Source of the DNA: Zancudomyces culisetae HAW-14-8
Taxonomy: Eukaryota > Fungi > Kickxellomycota
Direction of reading: 5' to 3'
DNA: 64,000 bases
NCBI GenBank assembly: GCA_052426225.1
Contig: JBNJNM010000009.1
Span: forward strand, 682,001 to 746,000
Part shown: piece after piece, positions 24,734 through 37,507 of the stretch
Numbering within the stretch: the stretch's first letter is position 1
How the letters are laid out: each line of letters opens with the position of its first letter
The notes under the pieces: model-generated
Seen by the model: the letters and a program-made list of their open reading frames with translations, nothing else
What the model was told of the DNA's origin: nothing
The model's database searches: none
Program-made: the position numbers and the translations under genes

Positions 24734-27700
24734 CGGACTAGCTATTAGTATAGTTGTAATACTATTTTCACAGTTTTATTATTTGAGCTTACTAGGATAG
24801 TCTAGTATTGCCGAGTTTAAGAGATGTAGTACTGATATAATAGATAGAAAATATTGAATTAGCGATATTCCTTTATTCTAAATTCTTCGGTATTATTCTG
24901 TACTTAAACTCTTATATTAGCTAATTTATAAAGAACGGGTTGTATTGATATTTAAATGTACAACATGTTCGTGTTCTCAACCTGTGTGTATTTCTATTAA
25001 ACCAATGAGTTGAAAAAAAATTTTTCATTAAGAAAATTATACATTTGAGCTTTCAGACAAACCCTTCTAAAATTAATGGAGTTATGATAGTCCCCCTTTT
25101 ACGTAATTTACTCACCTCTCTAATGTAAATGAAAGCACACATTTACGATTAACAACAAAAAACAGTTGTCAAATTGACAGTCAATAAAAATTATTTTGGG
25201 TTATTAGCAAATTTACTGAATCTTGAGATTGTAATTTCTGAACTGGGAACAATATCAAGATTGTAAAGAATGTCAATGTGGTATACTACCACGTAAATGT
25301 AAATCATGTTTATTCTTTTTCCCAAAAATACTAAATGGAAAAGGCTCATCCCTTCTCCACCTATTTTTCCGCCTCTATCCCTTTTTCGAAAAAAAGTCTT
25401 TATCTAATTTGCTATCAAACGATTAGTTATTAACAGTTATGTAAAATCTCCAGTCAAATGATGTCACGTAAACGCTGATACCGGACAAATAATTAGCAGA
25501 TTATAAAATCTAGAATCATACCACAACAACCTCAACTATAGTTCAAAGGTGGACATTGGTTTTTGGAATTAAATATCAGTAAAATCATTTCACTTTAAAT
25601 TTGACTTGTATATTCCTTTTTAGTATACCATTGTTTTAATTGTAAATTGGTTTTATTCCCCCGAATAAAAAATGAACTGGGTAGATGACAGTGTGGTTTT
25701 TTTTGTTTTCGGATACCGCAGATCAATGAAGCTCATCGGCACCGGTTCCCGATGATAAGCTTAAGACCAAAACTCATTATTTATGATGACTTGTTTCCCC
25801 TCAAGTACTAACAATACTTTAGGTAACACAATATACGTGTTCACATAGCCAAAAATAGAAGAAAACTCTTATAAATTGGTTTGAGTGTGTGTTTCACCAG
25901 GTACTAAATGCGCTTATCATTTGCTGATACTAACCGAGTAAAAAGAAATATATTAGTTTACACCTATCATCACCCCCCACTGCTCCCTTGCGTAAACTGA
26001 ACTTGAAGTATAAACTCCTTTTTGTCCCCTTGAAATTCAGTACACATATCCATCATGTATAATGGTACTGTTCATAGTATTATGGGTTTAGCTCCATTTT
26101 CGTGTGGTGTTCCTTTCCAAATTGGGTTTTCAGAAATATTCTGGAGTAATATTCATCGCATGAGGATTCAACATTCTCTTTATTGCATTGATTACCCAAG
26201 TTGAATAAAAACCAGTAAAACCTCAGATGTAAATATTGCATAATTTTCTTTTAGAAAAATTACGCATATTTGAAAAAAAATTTTCAGGGGGGGTTTCAAA
26301 CAACATCCTTCTCAATTTCCAATTCCACAAATTCTCAAACATAAATATATTCCATTCAATCTATAATCAAATCGATTCTTTTTTGCGGAAAAATAATTAC
26401 TTGACAATAAAATACTCCTAAAAATGCCAATAATTCGCTAGGGAATTTAAAACAACATATTGAGAGACTTCAACAATAGCCTCACCAAATTTGAGAACAT
26501 AGCTCATTATCCAATATCATTGATCAAATGGGAGCCTAGAGTCACAGCTGGAATACAGTAAAGCAAAATTTTCTGTAGATATATATGGATATGAAGAATC
26601 TAGTAAATTACAATGATTTAGTTATTTCCATTTGTGAAGAAGCATTTTAAGTAATGGAAACATCATCAAAAAAATATTTACAAAGCTAAACTGATTCAAT
26701 TACCCTTCAATGTTCTAGAGCCTCTGTATCCGAAGGGCATTGGTTCAGAGGTAATTGACAATAAACGATATCTTTATTTTAAAAAATTCATTCTGTAACT
26801 CACACATTTTATTCAAATAATGTGAACTGCTTAGTCACATAACTCATTTTGTAATTAAATGAACAGTTTAAAATAAGATTAAATAATTATAATTAGAAGC
26901 TAGTCACGAAATGTGAGCAGAGTATTTGATTTAAATAAAAGTTGTTTACTTTTAGTCCTGCATAAACAATAAATTCGAGTATAGACACTAGTATCAATAA
27001 ACTACAGAAAGAATACACTACCGAGCAGCTATTTTATCCCAATACCTGGATACAATTTACTGTTTTCGATTCAGGCATTTAAACATATGTATACACGTGT
27101 GCCAACATTTATACAGGGATACGGGTAGAAAATAAATAGAATATTGAAATAGCTACTAAAAGTCCAATCGTTTATCAAATAGTAGAGTATAATTCAGTTT
27201 GGTGGTGCACCCAGCCTTGATTATTAAAATTGATGGGTGGTTAGAACAAATATAAGGAGCAAAACAACGACTGGCTGTGTAATAGATGCAATGGTTTAGT
27301 AGATAAAAAGACCCAAAAACCAATCTGGTACTCCAACGATTCATGTAAAGATGTAGTTCTGGGAATTCTGCATTTTTATAAGACCGATATGCTCAAAACT
27401 TGGAAATAATACTGTTCCATTTTTAGAATACTGTTTACATACACAGTAAATTGAAGAGGTTAATCGATTAAAGTAATACAGTAGACAGAGTAAAACTATT
27501 AAATTTCACATCACTTCATTTTGAAGTAGTTGCAGTTTTATCGTTTTTACACCTTTCACAAGTTAACCCATTTTTACATTGACCTCAGTTTCTGTTCTTG
27601 TTGGTGTTTATGTTTAAATGTAATATAGTTGTTAGGTTTTCATACTTTTGGAATACTCAACCATTTTTATTTCTATAATTGTGTGCATTACTGTTAATAC

Positions 27701-28630
27701 ATACATATACAGAACTATAAATATTTTACAATAAAAAAATTGAGTTTTACTGCGGATCAACCTTTATTTATTGCTATAGCCATTTCTATTGATATTTTAT
27801 ATTTTATTGAGACTAAACATATCAAGAGGAACTTCTATTTGATTCTTCGTACATATGTTTAAAAGCGGAAATAAAAATTACAAAATATTTCTTATGTCGA
27901 ATGTTTAAATAAAATGATAATTTAAACGAGTATGTAAACAGCTTCTTTATTCTTTTCTAGAAAAGTGTGTGACCCACCACTTCCAATACTCAAACCTGTT
28001 TATAATAGTACTATAGTCGTTTCATCGTTATACGTAACAATTGCTTCTGAACTAACATTTCTTCCAGGGCAGAGGAAAGAGTAAACGGTAGATATTGCCG
28101 TTGAGGTTGGAGTTGGGGTTTTTAACTTTTCAGGAAAAATACAGCCGGCTAATTACCAAACTTGACTTATTTCATTACTTATTTTAGATACATAACCACA
28201 AGGATTTTAAAAAGGAAACTCAGTTTCCACTGCTGAATTGAGTTGGTCATTATTATTGGTTTATGCGTTATTATATAGTCTGTTACCAGTGTAAACAAAA
28301 AAAGAAAAATTCTATTTTGGATGAAATTTTCTAAAGGAATTTTATAATATTTGTAAGTGTTTATATGGGTAGTTAATTGTGAGGAGTTTAAAAAAATAAC
28401 AAATTTCAGTATTCACTTGTTGCCACTGAACTCAAACAGCTGAGATGGTAGCTACTATTCCAAATTTGTAGAAATTCTTTATTTATTAAATATGAATAAA
28501 CTAACCATACTGTACTAAAGTGGTTGAAAAACGTGCTTATACTGGCCTCACAAGTTCAAAAAAAACACATTACAATGAAAAAGATTGATAATAAGTGTTA
28601 AATAGAAGCAAACTGAAGTCAGAGAAATTG

Positions 28631-28645
28631 TATAAATAGTCTTGG
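28631..28645 (+). promoter_or_regulatory. TATA element TATAAATAGTCTTGG of secreted Cys-rich gene A
   Basis: 117 bp upstream of ATG 28748. The identical 15-mer precedes the paralogue at 47589-47603 (-). Confidence 0.7.
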
Positions 28646-28747
28646 AATTTCGCGCTGTTTTTGATCTTTACACAATCGAGTTTCTAAATATTTACTCAAA
28701 AATCCAACAAAAACAACAAACCAAACAAAAAGCAAAGCTAACTGAGA

Positions 28748-29331
28748 ATGAAGGTAGTGACATCGGCCCTTATTACACTTATGTATATTATGAGCAGTGT
28801 ATTCTGTCGTATTAGAAGAACCATCAGAGTTGAAAAAAAGGAGGGAGGTTGCCATCAATACAGAGACGTCGAGGGTGCTGCAAAGGCGATTGACGAGCTT
28901 GGGTTGTTCAGGGATAATCCAATTATTACCACTATGAACAAGGAGTTTACTCCGATGAAGATTTGCCAATAAGGCACTATGAAAACATAATTGCAAGGGA
29001 GGTTTGCACGTTCACAAATCCTGTCACCAATTCAGAAGAGGTTACTACTAGAATCAAGCCATTTGTTTTAAACTACTATACTAAGAAAACTACATTAAAA
29101 AAAGAGGGTTGCAAATATTCAGATGAAACTGGCTGTAGTTGTCATATGAAAGCAGAAGGGGCCAACAATGATTTTGTTGAGTATAAGGTTTGCGAGACGG
29201 ATTCATCCTGTGTGATTTCAGCCACTTTATTTGATTTAAAGAAAAACGAGTTTAGGAACGCACCTTATGAAAATGGCTGTTATTTCTATGTTTATACCGC
29301 TTGCCAAAAATATAAAGAAATATTCGTTTAA
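28748..29331 (+). CDS. Small secreted cysteine-rich protein, family member A (~194 aa; one frameshift near 28930)
   Basis: Signal-like MKVVTSALITLMYIMSSVFC. Adding one C (ACC CAC TAT) fuses the two ORFs into a protein that aligns to the 46914..47476 paralogue. Confidence 0.75.
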
Positions 29332-30137
29332 CTTTACAGAAAGAAAATTGTCGACATAAAATTCGATGATCCCATTATACAACTATAATCTATATAAATC
29401 TTGATCTAACTACTTCGGGCCGCAATAATTTCTACAATGTAGCGATTGACTTTTCTTCGGCGACGGTTTTGTCAATCCAACTACAATTCTCATTATTTTT
29501 CTATGTTTATAATTATAAACTTTATTTACTTAAAAGTTTTTCATAGTTTTTACTGAAATAAAATGATTTCATAATTTGTGTATAAAAACCACTCCAATTT
29601 CAACCTAGAAACAACGACTACTTTTCTAAATAATTCTAAACCTCAATAAACACTAACAGTGAATAACATAACAGATCTATAATTAATTAAATTTTTATTT
29701 ATGACAACGAATAATAAAGTACTAAGCATAAAGAGTTGAGGAATAAACAGTTTTTTGGTCACACTATCTTGTGAAGAACAACATCCCAGAAAGGAGAGGA
29801 GAGATGGGCGTGTTAATTGGTGATGTAATTTTATAGATTCATGTGTAATTGTTCATATGTGCATTACTTGTATTTGATTAATCCAAGTTATTGAAATTCT
29901 AATATGTTCTGAATTAAAGATCATTATTTATATTTAATAAAGGTTATAGATTAATTTTTGACAGTCAGGTTTAAACAAAAAAAATAAAAACAAATAATAA
30001 TTTATGATAAATTTGATTCAGTCTTCGTTTACAATCTATAATCGGTAGTATTTACGGATTTGTTTTATATACTTGTTAGATGTACTGATATTTCCTTATA
30101 TCAATCAATTCCATTATTGTAAATAAGTATACTAATA

Positions 30138-31697
30138 CAGTGAGTTTCAAAAATGTCTCAAAATATTGAAAATAATTTGCAAAGTGTAATATCTCGCTAA
30201 ATAATATCCAGAAATTATATATTTTTATTAATATATAATGCACAAATGTTATATGTTAATTTTATATAAACTGTAAATTATATTGGTTAAAAATTCATTG
30301 AGTAATTAGTTAAATTAATATAATAAATCAGATATTTTGGGAATTTATCAATTTATATTTTTCAACTATCATAACTTTATGAATTCAAATTTTAAATTTT
30401 TAAAACTTTTACATATTATAATATATAACAACATTATACTAATCAAAAGTATAAATATTTAAAAAATGATATCTGAACAACGTAAACTGGATATAATAAA
30501 TGCGTTACTTGAGGCAGAAGCATTGACCAAATCATTATAAAAAATGGAGTTAGTAAAGCAACAATATACAGAATTAAAGCGGCAATAAATATCAATTTAC
30601 CGGCTAATAAACGCGGTCGTCCAGCGAAGCTTTCACCCCAAAGCAAGCGAATATGTACTAGGATGATATTATCGGAGAGTATCGATCTGCTACTTCGATA
30701 CAAAAGAAGTTAGAAATAAATACTGTTGTAAGTGCTAGTAAGTCTACAATATATAGGGCTTTTAATGATCTAAAAGCCGTTGCAAAAAAGAAGGCATCCA
30801 AACCGAAACTGAGCCTTAAAAATATTGCAAAAAGGTTGAGATTCGCAAAATCTCATCGCCACTGGACTACTGATGATTGGAGACGAGTAATTTGGTCCGA
30901 CAAAACTAAAATCAACCGATTTAGATCGATGGAAATGAATGGACTTGGGTTTGTGATGGTGTGAGTCTACAGCCGCACAATATTAACCAGACCGTAAAAC
31001 ACGGTGGAGGATCATTAATGATTTGGGGATGCATCACAGCATCTGGAACTGGCTACATGTGCCGAATAGAAGGAATGTTAAACAAGGAAGGTTATTTAAA
31101 CATTTTAAAAGACGAGCTTAGCAATACAATAAAGTACTACAAGTTGGATCCCAAGTCAATAATATTTCAACATGACAATGATCCTAAACATACCGCAAAG
31201 TTAGTTACCAGCTGGCTTGAAAACCAGGAATATAATACATTGGACTGGCCGCCACAACCTCCAGACTTAAACCCAATCGAAACTATATGGGCAATCATCA
31301 AAAGACGCCTAAATAGATACAGTAAACCTCCGTCCGGGATGATCGAATTATGGGAGCGAATAGAAACGGAATGGAATTTAATTTCAGTGGAAACAATACT
31401 TGGTCTTATAGATGTTATGCCCAAAAGAGTTGAGGCAGTTGTCAAGTCTAAAGGAAGGTGGACAGAATTTTAAAGTTATTTTTTGAAAAATTCCCAAAAT
31501 TCTCGCATTTTTAAAATTTTTTCAGTTTATAATTTTATAATGAATTTTTAACCAATAATGATACTAATTATACAAAATTAAATTATACCAATTGTGCATT
31601 ATTTACATAAAATTATCTAATTTCTGGATTTTATTGAGCGAGATATTACACTTTGAAAATTATTATCATTATTTTGAGACATTTTTGAAACTCACTG
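30138..31697 (+). mobile_element. Tc1/mariner DNA transposon, family A copy 1 (transposase ~30466..31473, disrupted)
   Basis: TA|CAGTGAGTTTCAAAAATGTCTC...GAGACATTTTTGAAACTCACTG|TA with ~200 bp imperfect TIRs. TVKHGGGSLMIWG, FQHDNDPKH and PDLNPIE (DD34E) motifs. Confidence 0.95.
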
Positions 31698-31699
31698 TA

Positions 31700-34255
31700 G
31701 CTTCAAAGCTCAAGATATATTGAGTTAAATTTTCAATAGTGCTACGTGATAATTGATAAAAAGTATCAAATATACCTTTACTTGATCAAAATCCTTGTGC
31801 GATAACATCGTCGTATGTGGCACCTAGCTTTGTAGCTCTAGTAGATCCAAATGCTCGAGCTTTTGGTAGCTTTGCGCTTTCTGGCAACTGCAAGAGTGAC
31901 ATCAACGAATTAATGTGTTTACTGATTTGTTGTGCCCCAATGTGTTTGTCGTTATACTTTAAGTTGCGGATAAGGTAGTGCAATTGTACTCCATCGAGGA
32001 TCGGATGGTTTTCAACACTCGGAAGAGTTGCAATGCGCTTTTTATATGCTCTGTATGTTACTACAGGACATAATTTATAGTCGCTTGTACGTGGATTATA
32101 CTGACCTTTTCAATCGGATTTCCACTTCGCTTTACTTTTGGTCCAACAATAACTAATTTAATATAATCTATATTGATTTCTGTCTTTGAATCTTCGATTC
32201 GTTCAATGTCAGAAGGTCTCAAAAATCCACAAATTTCTAGTAACCAACAAAATTTAATTGTTAAATTTTCCAGGCTCATTTTAAAATTTGAACCAAATTT
32301 TTTAATATGTTCGATAATCGGATTAATATCGTAGTTTGGGTTATTAAACAATCGAACTTAAGTTGAATCGAGCTGTTTTAAATAATCAATAATTAAATAT
32401 CGCTGCTAAATGTTCGCCATTCAGCATTAATATCGATGATAGCTGACTTGTAATTTTTTATAGTATCAACTTTTAAACTGTTACTAATACGATGTTTATC
32501 AAGGAAATTAGTAATATCTTCAACTGAAACGTTATTAATGTCAAGTTTTGCAGAATCTAACCACTTAATAAACTTTACCTTGATGTTGTAATATTGTTTT
32601 TGTTTTGCCATATTTCGTTTACCAGTTGTCATTAACGTGATAACTGAATCTTTTAAACCCGTTTTTTCAAGACGTGCGCGCTTAATTTCCAAGCCGTAAG
32701 CGACCATGTTTTGTTTATCTGTGTCACTTGCTTTCCGCTTTTTGGATCCGGAATTATCTGTGGAGCTAATATCTTGATCGGTGGAGCTATTAACATGCTC
32801 TTGAGGTCTGGATACCATGGTGCTGACCTCCAAAACGGTGTTATCAATGTCGCTGATACATTGTCCTGTCTGATCTTCTGTAGTGTTTTCTGTATCAGAT
32901 TCCATGGTGGACAAAGGTATGGATTCGTCCAAATGCTCCAATGATGATTGTATGCATTCGTTTTCGCTGCTCCTGGTGTCCATTTCCAACTCACAAATGT
33001 TGGTATTTTGTGGTTGTTGTTGTTGGCAAACATGTCCACATCGTGTGGACCGAACTGTTTCTGTATCTTCTGAAACATCTTGTCTGATAGTGACCACTCT
33101 GTTTGAGCTGTTAAACGTGATGGTGCATCCGCTGGATTCAGCATTGATGGCACATACTGAATCTGAACCCGAGTGCCATTGCTGATGCAATGTTTCCAAA
33201 TTGCTTCCGAAATGTCCATCAGATTCACTGATTTGGTTCCCCCATGCTTCTTGAAATAGCTGATTGATGTGTTGTTGTCGCAATATACAACAAAACTCTT
33301 TCCCTGAACCTGTGGTAGCTTCACTGCATACTGGATTGCTAATAATTTCTTCGCATTGACAGGAAGCTTCATCTGTTGTCGTGTCCATGTCCCCGTATAC
33401 TGATTGCTGTCTATCACTATCCCCCAGTGATTGTCGCTCGCATCCGTATATACTTCTATCTCTGGGATCTCCGGAAAGAAGCATAGACCATTCCATTGCT
33501 TCAGATGGTCCCTCCACCACGTCAGATTGTCCAGTGCGGGCTGATTCAATGTTACTTTTGAACTCCAATCCGTGGTGCGTTTCAGAGTGTTGTTTTTGAG
33601 CTCTAACAACCTCCTGCTCATCAGTCGTCCCGGTCTGAGTGCTATATTCACTGCCTGCGTTTTGCCAATGAATGATGCCAGATCCTTCAGTGTTGTACAC
33701 CCTTTGTGTATCAACCTGGATGCCTCTCTCGCTAAATCTTTGAGTTTCTGTTTGGGTATCTTGAAACTCATTTGACGGCTGTTGATGTTCATCCCAAGAT
33801 GCGTAATACATTGTTTGGGATGTATTGATGACTTTTCCTGGTTGATCAGGAATCCCAGTTTCACCAGTTTCTTGGACACCATGTTTGTGAACTTTAGACA
33901 CTCTGTTTTTGTTGATCCTAAGATTAACAAATTGTCTAAGTAGCTCGACATTCGTATCCCGCGAGCTCTGGCCCATTTCAGTACTGGTTTTAGTATTTTT
34001 GTGAATACTAGTGGGCTTAAAGATAGACCAAATGGGAGCACCCTGTACTGGTAGGTGCGACCGCCCCATGTAAACCTGAGATACTTTCTGGACGTTTTGT
34101 TGATCAATACGTGTAGAAATGCATCGCTGAGGTCTATGCTGGTCATATAATCCCTTTTGCGGATCATTCTGGAGATGGTTGTGAGCGACTCCATTTTGAA
34201 ATGTCGCTGTGGGATGTACTGATTTAAAGGTCTTAAATTCAGTACCATCCGCGTG
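31700..34255 (-). mobile_element. DIRS-type tyrosine-recombinase retrotransposon, 5'-truncated
   Basis: RT (SIDLSDAFLH, LPFGLSLSP, YLDN), RNase H (YTDAS) and a Dam-like MT segment (DMFA...CPPW) in ORF 32653..34248. Long overlapping ORF 32393..34297 leads into recombinase fragments (GFLRPSDIERI; KARAFGSTRA...). Confidence 0.92.
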
Positions 34256-34429
34256 TGTTATGAACACAAATATTGTTACAAAATTATTGTTAATCATTGG
34301 AATCGATCCCTAAACCTGCTTACTTCAATTTAAACTCTACAACCAAAATCACCGTTTCCAAATCCTTCCAGAACATACTAGAACATATTAGAACCTTTCC
34401 AATTCTAAATTCAATTCTACCAAACGTAA

Positions 34430-34524
34430 GCATAATCATGCTGACATAAATCAATTTCAATTATGACTGCATGATCATGCTGACATAAACCAATTTCAAT
34501 TACGTATGCATGATCATGCTGACA
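34430..34524 (+). repeat. 39-bp tandem repeat (~2.4 copies) in the LTR U3
   Basis: GCATRATCATGCTGACATAAAYCAATTTCAATTA... repeated at 34430, 34469 and 34508. Confidence 0.85.
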
Positions 34525-35894
34525 CAACCCAACACCTTTTTACAATTGCATTGTTATGCGAATCTAATTCCCGTTTCCACCGATACACTCCGGACTTTGA
34601 TATTCATATTCGGTACCAATTCTTATTCACATATACATCATAAAAATTTTTAAATCATATTTATTACGTAATTATCACATAATAATTAAACAATAATAAT
34701 AACATAAATATACTATAATAAATAATAAATATACTATAATATTTACATAAACCTATAATACTTAATAATTTCAAATATTTAATTAAATATTAAATACTAT
34801 AATACTATAAAAATTAAATCTAATAATTACATAAAAAATTTTAAACAATATTGACATTTAAAATTAAAATCAATAATTACATAAAAAATATAATATTAAC
34901 AATAATTACATAGATATATAATATCAAAAAATTACATAAAAATTATAATATATTAAAAATATCAACAAAAAAAAAATCATAAATTTTATATCTCTTAAAC
35001 TATACTCAATTATTATATTTATCAACCTACAACACAATTGTCGAACTGACATGACACGAATGGAAGAAGATACCATGGAAAACATGAACAACTTAAACCA
35101 GGAACAAACCAATCAGATGTTGCTCAACCAGGTTACGAACCTTACTCAATTGGTTGAAACTCTATAAACTCAAGTTCAAAATAGTCGATCTGAAAACTTT
35201 AACCGACACCCTGAACCTAAGGTCCCAACTCCTGAACGATTATACGGTTCCAAACGCGAAAATGTCCAAAACTTTATTTCTAATATTCGAACGGTATTTA
35301 TGTTACAATCTTCCCGATTTCCGAACGACGAAATAAAAATAGCTTATATTGGAACATTACTGTCAGGAAACGCTCATACCTGGTACAGATCTTTAGAAGA
35401 AACCTCTGCCCCCGAACTACTCAATTGTTACGACTTTGTTCAACTTCTAGAAAAAACATTCGGTGATCCCAATAAATCTTGGAATGCTCAAATCCGACTA
35501 TCAAAATTACAACAAGGAAATTCAAGTTGTTTAGCATACACTACGCAATTTAGGATAATTGCTACGGAGTCTGGTTTCGATAATACGGCTTTATTGAAAA
35601 TCTATTACGATGGCTTAAATGATGGAATTAAAGACATTCTATCCTCTTGCATAACTGTACCAAACAATTTTGAAGAATATGCGACACTTTGTATACAAAT
35701 CGATAACCGAATTTATATACGAAATTCCGAAAAACGAAACCACTCTAATTCAAATTTCCATCGATCGAGATTTAACGAAGCACGTAATGGTGACAAGTCA
35801 GATCATATGCAAATCGATAACATCAACAAATTTGTCAAACACACAAAGATCACTGATAACCAAAAATCTTTTCGAAAACTAAACGGCTTATGTA

Positions 35895-37507
35895 CAGTGA
35901 CTCAAAAAATTGTTCAAATGTTTTAGATGTTCATTCAAAAATTAGTATATCTCACGAATATTATATCGTATCACTATAAAAATTACAATTATATACATTA
36001 ATATACCATGTATTACCTATCAAAATTTTAGAATACTTGTACCAGCCAATCAACTGTAGTTATACTTTTTGTAAATTTATTTTATTTGAACAATTCTTTT
36101 GCTTTAAATTAATATTATCAATTTTGATGATATCTTTTTCATATTGTTAGATATCATTTAAAAATATTAAATGTTACTAGATATAACTTACAATTATCTA
36201 CACAATACATTATATTATTAAAATATAAATTTTTGATGAATTTAAATACGATGAATAAAATAAATAATGAAAAAGTTTGGAGTGATATATATTTGATGGA
36301 TAATAGATACTCATATAGAATAATTGCATCTAAACTATCTATTAGTAAAGGGACAATATCTAACATAAAAAAAAAGTATCGTCCATCAATAAAATATTTA
36401 TCACCTGGCAGCCCAAATAAATTGACAAAAGCAAATGAGCGATTAAAAATTCGGAAAATTACGTCTGGACAATTTGATACAGCGACAGACGCTACAAAAT
36501 TTCTCAAGAATAATGGCCTCGTATTTGTGGTGCCTCAAAATGTGCGAAATAGCTTTAATAAAAATGGTTTAAGTGCAAAACATAAGGTCAAAATACCTAT
36601 GCTAAAATTAGGCCATATTTAACAACGACTTGCATTTGCTAATAATAATCAGCATTGGACTGTAGAAGACTGGAAACGTGTGATATAGTCTGACGAGACT
36701 AAAATTAACAGATTTGGGTCACATGGGCGCATGTGGTGTTGTAAAAAGCAAGGGAGCCAGTTAAAACCGAACCATGTTAAAAAAACTATAAAACATGGTG
36801 GAGGTTCAATCATGATATATGGATGCATGACATCAGAAGGCCCAGGCTATCTTACTAAAATTGATTGCGGACTTAATGCAGAATTGTACTGTGATATTCT
36901 TGAAGACGAACTGGTAAAATCAATGGAGTGGTACGACTTAGGCAGGGAAAGTACAATTTTTCAGCATGATAACGATCCAAAACACACCGCGAAAATTACT
37001 AAAGAATGGTTGCAAACTAACATAATTTAGGTGCTTGACTGGCCAGCACAGTCACCTGACCTAAATCCAATTGAACATCTATGGGACAATTTGAAAAGAC
37101 GGCTATCAAATCATGAAAATGCACCAAAAGATATGAACGAAGTTAGGGACCGCGTACAAGACGAGTGGAATAAGATAACACGTGACGAGTGTACGTCTAT
37201 AATCAGTAGCATGCCTGCAAGAATTAATGCAGTATTGAAAGCCAGGGATGGATATACTAAATACTAGTTTAATTACGTTTACATATTTTTTTATTATTAG
37301 CAAAAAAAATTGTTCAAATAAAATAAATTACAAAAAGTATAACTACAGTTGATTGGCTGGTTCAAGTATTCTAAAAATTTGATAGGTTATACATGGTATA
37401 TGGATGTATAATGATTGTAAAATTTATAGTGTTACGCTATAGTATTCGTGAGATATACTAATTTTTTAATGAACATCAAAAACATTTGAACATTTTTTGA
37501 GTCACTG
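35895..37507 (+). mobile_element. Tc1/mariner transposon, family B copy 1, inserted in the gag zinc knuckle
   Basis: TA|CAGTGACTCAAAAAA...TTTTTTGAGTCACTG|TA with ~210 bp TIRs. Transposase ~36251..37267 in one frame with three stops; SDETKINR, QHDNDPKH, SPDLNPIEHLW. Excising the element restores TGT ATG TAT TGC. Confidence 0.97.
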
